From: an uncultured bacterium
GTDB taxonomy: Bacteria; Hydrogenedentota; Hydrogenedentia; Hydrogenedentales; JAEUWI01
Length of the DNA stretch: 12,558 nt
Assembly (NCBI GenBank): GCA_963977445.1
Contig: CAXBPH010000207.1
Span: 1 to 12,558, forward strand
Direction: 5' to 3'
In this document: positions 7,265-12,558 of the stretch, in pieces
Layout of the letters: each line of letters begins with the position of its first letter
How positions within the stretch are numbered: position 1 is the stretch's first letter
Program-made: the position numbers and the translations under genes
Notes under the pieces: model-generated
Seen by the model: only the letters and a program-made list of their open reading frames with translations
Database searches by the model: none
What the model was told of the DNA's origin: nothing

Positions 7265-7334
7265 GTCCCACTGGTCTCACCGGTCTCACTCGTCCCACAG
7301 GGCCATCGTCGTAGGTTCGTGGGACCCGTGGGAC
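7265..7334. repeat. 9-bp-period GTCYCAC array (4 copies) plus inverted GTGGGAC arm (2 copies)
   Basis: GTCCCAC 7265, GTCTCAC 7274, GTCTCAC 7283 and GTCCCAC 7292. GTGGGAC at 7319 and 7328. Confidence 0.85.
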
Positions 7335-7443
7335 CAAGTAAGAACACCTCGGAATCAGACGCCACTTACCCAAAACCAAGGGCCTTTGGGCATTCTATGT
7401 GGGCCTTATGTCGACCAGGAATGGTCACCCCCCTGTTGGCGGC

Positions 7444-7524
7444 ATTCTAAAATCACTATTCTAAAATCACTATTCTAAAATCACTATTCTAAATTCACTA
7501 TTCTAAATTCACCATTCAAAATTC
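7444..7524. repeat. AT-rich tandem repeat ATTCTAAA(A/T)TCACT, 14-bp unit (two heptamers), about 5.8 copies
   Basis: Units at 7444, 7458 and 7472 are identical, those at 7486 and 7500 are variants, and 7514-7524 is partial. The array abuts the TAG stop at 7525-7527. Confidence 0.95.
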
Positions 7525-8922
7525 CTACACCCATTCACGTGCGGGCCGACTGCGCATGGCGTTGGCCTCGTCGTCATTGGTGAACTCTTCCTTCTCCGGA
7601 TCCCAGGCGAGGACCTTGCCCATACGTTGGATGCCGATGTTCCACAGGTGGGCTACACTGGCGGTACGATGGCCCACTTCGACGGGCTCCAGGGGCTCTT
7701 TGCGGGATTTCACACTGTCGAGGAAATTGCGGACGTGATCGCCGTAATAGTCGCCCATATCCTCAAAACTACGTTCCGGATTCGACACGGGCAGGCGAAT
7801 ATCGTTGGGTCCGAGCTGGGCCGTCTCGATGGCCTTCGAAGACGCTTCGACCTTGCCATAGAGACCGTATTTCACCCAACCCTCCGTACCTTCGAAGCGC
7901 ACGCCCATATATTCGTCGTTGCTTTCGCCGAAAAGTTCGACGCCATTGGCGTAGCGCGCACGGAATTTGGCTTCCAGGGCCGTGTTGAAGAGGCTGCCCT
8001 CGGGGAGCCACTTGGCATCCAGACCTTCGACTTCCACAGGGCCGGTGAGGTCGGTGTTGTTGCCCCACTGGGCGATATCGATGCTGTGGGCACCGAGATT
8101 GGTGATCTGACCACCGGAATAATCCAAACCGAAGCGGAATTTATAGATGCAGCGCATCACGTGGTAGGGCACCATGGGGGCCGGCCCGAGCCAACGCTCA
8201 TAGTCGAAGCCTTCGGGTACGGGCATGGGTTCCCAGCCGGGTCCGGGTCCTACCTTATTGTTGTAGCCGATATTGACGTGCATGGACTTCAGTTCGCCAA
8301 TATACCCATTGCGAACGAGTTCACAGATGTGGCGCGCGCGGAAATTGGAACGGTACTGACTCGCCGTCTGGAGAATACGATTGTTTTTCCGCACCGCCGC
8401 GATCATTTCGGGACCTTCGGCCAGCGTCAGGGTCATGGGCTTCTGGCAGAAGATGTCTTTACCTGCGTTGGCCGCTGCAATCGCCATGGGGGCGTGCCAG
8501 TGGTCGGGCACCACGATCGCCACCACGTCGATATCGTCGCGATGAATTACCTCGTGAAAATCCGTCGTGACGTCAATGCCGTTGTAGCTGGTTTGGCCCA
8601 ATTTTTCGGCATAGAAATCATTGGCCAGCTTGAGGGCAGGTTCGCGCCCCATGACCACGTCTTCATTGCGATAACCCTTGCTGGCCGTGTTCACATCACA
8701 CAACGCACGAATCTGTACATCGGCATTGTTCATGAAGAGGGTCATGTCGGGCGTACCCCGCGTGCCGAGGCCAATAATGCCGACGTTGATACGTTCGCTG
8801 GGCGCATTCTTGCCCCAGGCAGAGCTGGGCAAAATCATAGGCGCGCTGGCGGCAAGGGCGGTTGTTCCCACGGTTTTCAAAAAGCTTCGGCGGCTCTGGG
8901 CCGCATGAGATTTGGGTGCCAT
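7525..8922 (-). CDS. Tat-exported Gfo/Idh/MocA-family NAD(P)-dependent oxidoreductase, about 465 aa
   Basis: ATG 8922 has a GGAG RBS and is preferred over 9000. Twin-arginine motif SRRSFLK. Rossmann motif INVGIIGLGTRG. Further motifs are PDHWH, DIFCQKP, WLGPAP and GGQITNLGAHSIDIAQW. Confidence 0.93.
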   Translation of the reverse strand: MAPKSHAAQSRRSFLKTVGTTALAASAPMILPSSAWGKNAPSERINVGIIGLGTRGTPDMTLFMNNADVQIRALCDVNTASKGYRNEDVVMGREPALKLANDFYAEKLGQTSYNGIDVTTDFHEVIHRDDIDVVAIVVPDHWHAPMAIAAANAGKDIFCQKPMTLTLAEGPEMIAAVRKNNRILQTASQYRSNFRARHICELVRNGYIGELKSMHVNIGYNNKVGPGPGWEPMPVPEGFDYERWLGPAPMVPYHVMRCIYKFRFGLDYSGGQITNLGAHSIDIAQWGNNTDLTGPVEVEGLDAKWLPEGSLFNTALEAKFRARYANGVELFGESNDEYMGVRFEGTEGWVKYGLYGKVEASSKAIETAQLGPNDIRLPVSNPERSFEDMGDYYGDHVRNFLDSVKSRKEPLEPVEVGHRTASVAHLWNIGIQRMGKVLAWDPEKEEFTNDDEANAMRSRPAREWV

Positions 8923-9076
8923 TAGAGATAGTACTCCGGTTGGAATTAAGATACTTGGTGCTGCCCGAGACGTTTCACGAAGGAAGGCCGCAGGCACCAT
9001 TCGCTTAACGTCATCCTAACATGGCCTGCCAACGGTTTCCAGTGTGCGAGCCCGAGTGACTAGGGGGCGAAACCTG

Positions 9077-10495
9077 TTATCGATAGTGACGGCCTTTGGG
9101 TGCCTTGGGCTCAATCTGTGGTGGCGCTTCACGGTGGTTGGCATCCAGCAGCGCATACATCATGGCGACGACCTCCGGGTTACCTACGGCCAGATTGGTC
9201 GTCTCCGAAATATCCTCGTCGAGGTCATAGAGCTCCAGAGGAGAATCTTTGCCCCGTTGTACCGCCTTCCAATGCCCCAAGCGGCCCGCCCGTTGTCCGC
9301 CGAGGTCTTCCCAATAGAGAAAGCGGTCTTTCTCCAAGGCAATGTCTTTCTCGCCGGTAAAGGTCGACAGCACGGATATTCCATCCACATCACTGGGCAC
9401 GGCAGCCGTTGCGCCAGCGAGCTCCGCGAAGGTCGCCATATAGTCTGCAAAATGGAAGGGCAGATCATTCACCACGCCCTCCTTAATCTTGCCGGGCCAC
9501 AACGCGATGGTGGGGACCCGGATTCCGCCTTCATATTGGTCATACTTGTAGCCCCGTAAGACGCCATTGGCCTCGAAAAACTGGGGGCTTGCGATGGAAT
9601 ATTTATCGGCACCATTGTCCGACGTAAAAATGACCAGCGTGTTCTCCATGAGTCCTTTCGACTTCAACGCATCCAGCACCATGCCCACACCCTTGTCCAT
9701 ATGGGAAATCATCCCCGCCATGGTGGCTTTGGGGGTCTCGGGGGTGTTGTAGCCTTGTCGCCAGGTTTCTTCAGGGCGCTCTTCGGGAAACTGGCCAAGA
9801 TAGGGGGCCACCGCCTCCTCCGGCGCGATCCATTCGTGGTGGGGGATAGTCACCGAGATATAACAAAAGAAGGGTCCGGTTGGATCGGCCTCAATAAACT
9901 CGATGGCTTTTTCCATAATGGTGTCGTGGACATAGGTCTTGCGGGCGCCATTCCAGTTTTCTGGAAAGGGGTAACGCTCTTCGTTGTGCCACAAATAATC
10001 GGTGTGATAGGAATGGGCGTGACGCTGATGAAGATAGCCGAAAAACTCGTCGAAGCCCTGGCGATTGGGAACACCCGTAGTTTCCGCTTCGCCCAGGCCC
10101 CATTTGCCAAATATACCTGTGCGATACCCGGCCGTCTTCAGCACTTCCGCAATGGTCACGTCTTCATCCCGGAGGGGGATGCCGCCGCTATTGCCACGGA
10201 CGGGCGTATGGCCGCCGTGGTACCCGGTCATGAGGATGCTTCGTGCCGCCGCACACAGGGCCGCCCCGGAATAGGATTGGGTAAAGCGCATACCTTCTTC
10301 AGCCATCTGATCCAGGTGGGGCGTCTTAATCTTGGTTTGACCATAGCTCCCCAAGTGGCCGTAGCCGAGATCGTCCGCCATGATAAACACGATATTCGGC
10401 GGTGTTGCCTGGGCGACGGAAACGCTCCCCAACACACCACCCAAAACCACGGCCATGAGTGCAACACGCATCGATTCAACCCATCTCAACGACAT
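9077..10495 (-). CDS. Secreted formylglycine-dependent (S1) sulfatase, about 472 aa
   Basis: ATG 10495 has a GGAAGGA RBS and is preferred over 10609. The signal ends ...SVSVA|Q. Motifs are PNIVFIMADDLGYG, CAAARSILMTG (CxAxR), GKWGLG, TSDNG and YEGGIRVP. Confidence 0.93.
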   Translation of the reverse strand: MSLRWVESMRVALMAVVLGGVLGSVSVAQATPPNIVFIMADDLGYGHLGSYGQTKIKTPHLDQMAEEGMRFTQSYSGAALCAAARSILMTGYHGGHTPVRGNSGGIPLRDEDVTIAEVLKTAGYRTGIFGKWGLGEAETTGVPNRQGFDEFFGYLHQRHAHSYHTDYLWHNEERYPFPENWNGARKTYVHDTIMEKAIEFIEADPTGPFFCYISVTIPHHEWIAPEEAVAPYLGQFPEERPEETWRQGYNTPETPKATMAGMISHMDKGVGMVLDALKSKGLMENTLVIFTSDNGADKYSIASPQFFEANGVLRGYKYDQYEGGIRVPTIALWPGKIKEGVVNDLPFHFADYMATFAELAGATAAVPSDVDGISVLSTFTGEKDIALEKDRFLYWEDLGGQRAGRLGHWKAVQRGKDSPLELYDLDEDISETTNLAVGNPEVVAMMYALLDANHREAPPQIEPKAPKGRHYR

Positions 10496-10847
10496 AGCGT
10501 TTCCTTCCCGAATGATTCCAGACCCAACACACGTTTTACGATGGTAGAGTATATGGAATGCCAATTCAATACATTGACATGCGCGCTGGGACTGGTATGC
10601 CCCCACCAATCAGGGAAGGAGGGCGCACGTGAAAATTTCCGACCCGCCCACGCCGGGCGGTAGAAACTACAACGGGCGGGCCTCTCCCGAAGTTGGCGAG
10701 ACCGGCGTTGGGCCAACCGCGCGAACGACAGGACATCCACGCCCACCGGGGAAACTTGCGCCGGGAAACATGCACGACGAACGCCATCCATCGAACCAAG
10801 CAAATTAGACGACACGGGGGCGAGACTGTCCCTTGCATACCGTGCCC

Positions 10848-10882
10848 CAAATACAAAAGAGGCGACCCGAAGGCCGCCTCTT
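10848..10882 (-). terminator. Rho-independent terminator downstream of the DUF1080 gene
   Basis: The minus strand reads GAGGCGGCC-TTCG-GGTCGCCTC (9-bp stem, one G-U pair, cUUCGg loop) followed by TTTTGTATTT, about 25 nt after the stop. Confidence 0.88.
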
Positions 10883-10906
10883 GACATGCTGTTATTTAAC
10901 CCGGAA

Positions 10907-12025
10907 TTAATATTCCTGGATATTGATGTTCTTGAAGGACAAATCCGTGGTCGGATCGTGGCCCTGAAGGTGAATCGTGCCGGGTCCGGGAACGAAACCG
11001 TTCTTGGCATCGCTGTCGGGATTGGCGGGGCGGGAGTCGTAGAAGTCGCTGACCTGGTAGCCATTGATCCAGACGGATGTATGGTTGCCATCGGCGATGA
11101 TGGTCTTCTGGAACCACTCATGGTCACTCGACACAACCTTGCGGGTTTCTACGTTGCCGTAGTTACCACCCGTACCGAAATCGTTGGGCTTGGTGCGGTC
11201 ATCACCCTGCCAGTCATTACGGACCTGGGACTCGTAGCCCTTCCAGAAAACGCCCACGGGACCGCGGAAAAACACGCCGCTGTTCAGCTGTTCGCCATTG
11301 GAAATGATATCGAGCTGGAGGGCAAAGTCTTTGTACTGTCCGGCCGTCTCAATCTGCCCGTTACCGTGCAGAATATTGATAGCGCCTTCTTTGACCGAAA
11401 AGTCCGAATCCTTATCAGGCAGGATATTCCATCCGTCAAGATTCTCCCCGTTGAAGATGGGGGTGAGGCCCAGGGGACGCAGTTTCACGTTACGTACGTT
11501 GAGGGAAAACTTATGGGACCAGAAGCGATAGTAGCGGTGGAACTGAATGAGGATGTAGCCCTTGTCGCGGCTTGCAGCAAGTTCGATTTTCTCACCGTCG
11601 ATGGTGGCATCGATGTCGCTGCCCATGGCCTTCACATGAATCGTGTGCCACTTGCCGTCGTTTTTCTCGTCACCGAAGAAAATCGTGCCGCCGCCGTTTT
11701 CATCAACGTGGCCTTCCAGCCCTGCGCGAACGGCCAATCCCATGCTGCCGGGACCTTCCATCATGACCTCAGCGGTAAATTCGAAATCCTTAAACTGTGA
11801 TGTGGTAGCCAGCCAGCCACCCGCGCCGGCTTTTGCCTCCGCAGTGGCCGAAAGCACCCCATCGCCCGCTTCCCACGGCACGTCACCAAACTGGGTCCAG
11901 CCGAAGAGGGACTCCCCGTCAAACAGATTAATCCAATTGCCTTCAGCCACCTCAGCGGCACGGACATGCAGGGGAAGCACGACCATGGCGGCGAGCGCCG
12001 TCAGAGTTATTGCCTTTCGAAACAT
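10907..12025 (-). CDS. Secreted tandem DUF1080 (3-keto-disaccharide hydrolase-like) protein, 372 aa
   Basis: GGAGAGGAG RBS and a signal peptide. Two repeats begin WINLFDGESLFGW and IFNGENLDGW. The second has YKDFAL, NSGVFFRG, GYESQV and GTIHLQGHD. Confidence 0.9.
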   Translation of the reverse strand: MFRKAITLTALAAMVVLPLHVRAAEVAEGNWINLFDGESLFGWTQFGDVPWEAGDGVLSATAEAKAGAGGWLATTSQFKDFEFTAEVMMEGPGSMGLAVRAGLEGHVDENGGGTIFFGDEKNDGKWHTIHVKAMGSDIDATIDGEKIELAASRDKGYILIQFHRYYRFWSHKFSLNVRNVKLRPLGLTPIFNGENLDGWNILPDKDSDFSVKEGAINILHGNGQIETAGQYKDFALQLDIISNGEQLNSGVFFRGPVGVFWKGYESQVRNDWQGDDRTKPNDFGTGGNYGNVETRKVVSSDHEWFQKTIIADGNHTSVWINGYQVSDFYDSRPANPDSDAKNGFVPGPGTIHLQGHDPTTDLSFKNINIQEY

Positions 12026-12357
12026 GGAATTCTCCTCTCCATTTCACTACATTTGGGGTACGTTTCTACAGAATTGCCATCCCGGCGAGCGATTTCCTAC
12101 AATGGCATTGATCGGAATGCGCGTAGAGAGTACTGGGGGCCCGTTGGGGCATCCCATCCAGCGCGCAGCCCGCGCGCCGGGGCAGATGCGAAACATAGCA
12201 CATCACGCCCCGCACTTCAACACGACAGCAAGGTTGCAACAGGACGTGCCCACCCCGTCCCATCGCCAAGAATACGGTTCTGCAGCCCCCATCCAGCTAC
12301 ACCATTTCCTGAAGGGATACACCCCTTTGGGCCCAACAACAGATCGGAGTTTTCTCT

Positions 12358-12558
12358 ATGGGCATGAAGAAGATCACACAACACCTTTCGTGGGCATGCT
12401 GTTTTACGCTGGCCCTGGTCTGCCTGTTGGCCCCGACCGCCCATGCCGAAGAGACCCTATTCGGAAGCAAAGTGGATGGCTACCGGGGTATCTGGTACGC
12501 CAACCAGGAGACCGACAACGAATATGTATACAAATACAGTGGGGGCCTCGGCACCTAT
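12358..12558 (+). CDS. 5' part of a secreted BNR-4-repeat-like protein (3' truncated; absent from the ORF track)
   Basis: GGAG at 12346-12349, ATG 12358 (alternative 12364). Manual translation gives MGMKKITQHLSWACCFTLALVCLLAPTAHA|EETLFGSKVDGYRGIWYANQETDNEYVYKYSGGLGTY. I recall DGYRGIWY...KYSGGLGTY as a BNR_4-type N-terminus; this was not searched. Confidence 0.7.
   Translation, partial: MGMKKITQHLSWACCFTLALVCLLAPTAHAEETLFGSKVDGYRGIWYANQETDNEYVYKYSGGLGTY

Noticed and set aside
7134..7478. Short ORFs spanning the repeat region
   Set aside because: The translations mirror the DNA repeats (e.g. PVGRVRPVRPVG, SHWSHRSHSSH) and lack convincing starts.
7444..7524. CRISPR array interpretation of the tandem repeats
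   Set aside because: The units are contiguous 14-mers with no unique spacers, and no cas genes are present.
8437..8448. QKP instead of EKP in the Gfo/Idh/MocA motif
   Set aside because: To my knowledge this is a common variant in the family and not evidence of inactivation or novelty.
5435..11800. Long plus-strand ORFs 5435..6565, 7627..8925, 9701..10663 and 10886..11800
   Set aside because: Each lies antisense to a well-supported sulfatase, oxidoreductase or DUF1080 gene and has no recognisable features.

Overview
GC-rich bacterial window with a cluster of exported, probably glycan-processing proteins. It holds a beta-propeller glycosidase-like protein, a 769-aa GH20/GH67-N-like protein, two formylglycine-dependent sulfatases, a Tat-exported Gfo/Idh/MocA oxidoreductase, a tandem DUF1080 protein and the start of a BNR-4-like protein. 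It opens with the 3' end of a large surface protein: a (Glu-Gly)n tract, two EF-hands and a GC...GD-hydrophobic-RR tail that may be a C-terminal sorting signal. That architecture suggests Ca. Hydrogenedentes (inference). The least explained feature is the intergenic DNA. Several spacers carry short phased repeat arrays (9-bp GTC(C/Y)AC, 10-bp CACGAAT, 14/7-bp ATTCTAAAATCACT) and REP-like hairpins. At 6688-7241 two inverted REP-like hairpins enclose a small lower-GC membrane-protein gene, and 9-bp arrays flank that unit on both sides. This looks like a nested, repeat-bounded gene cassette. No rRNA, tRNA, CRISPR array or transposase was seen.
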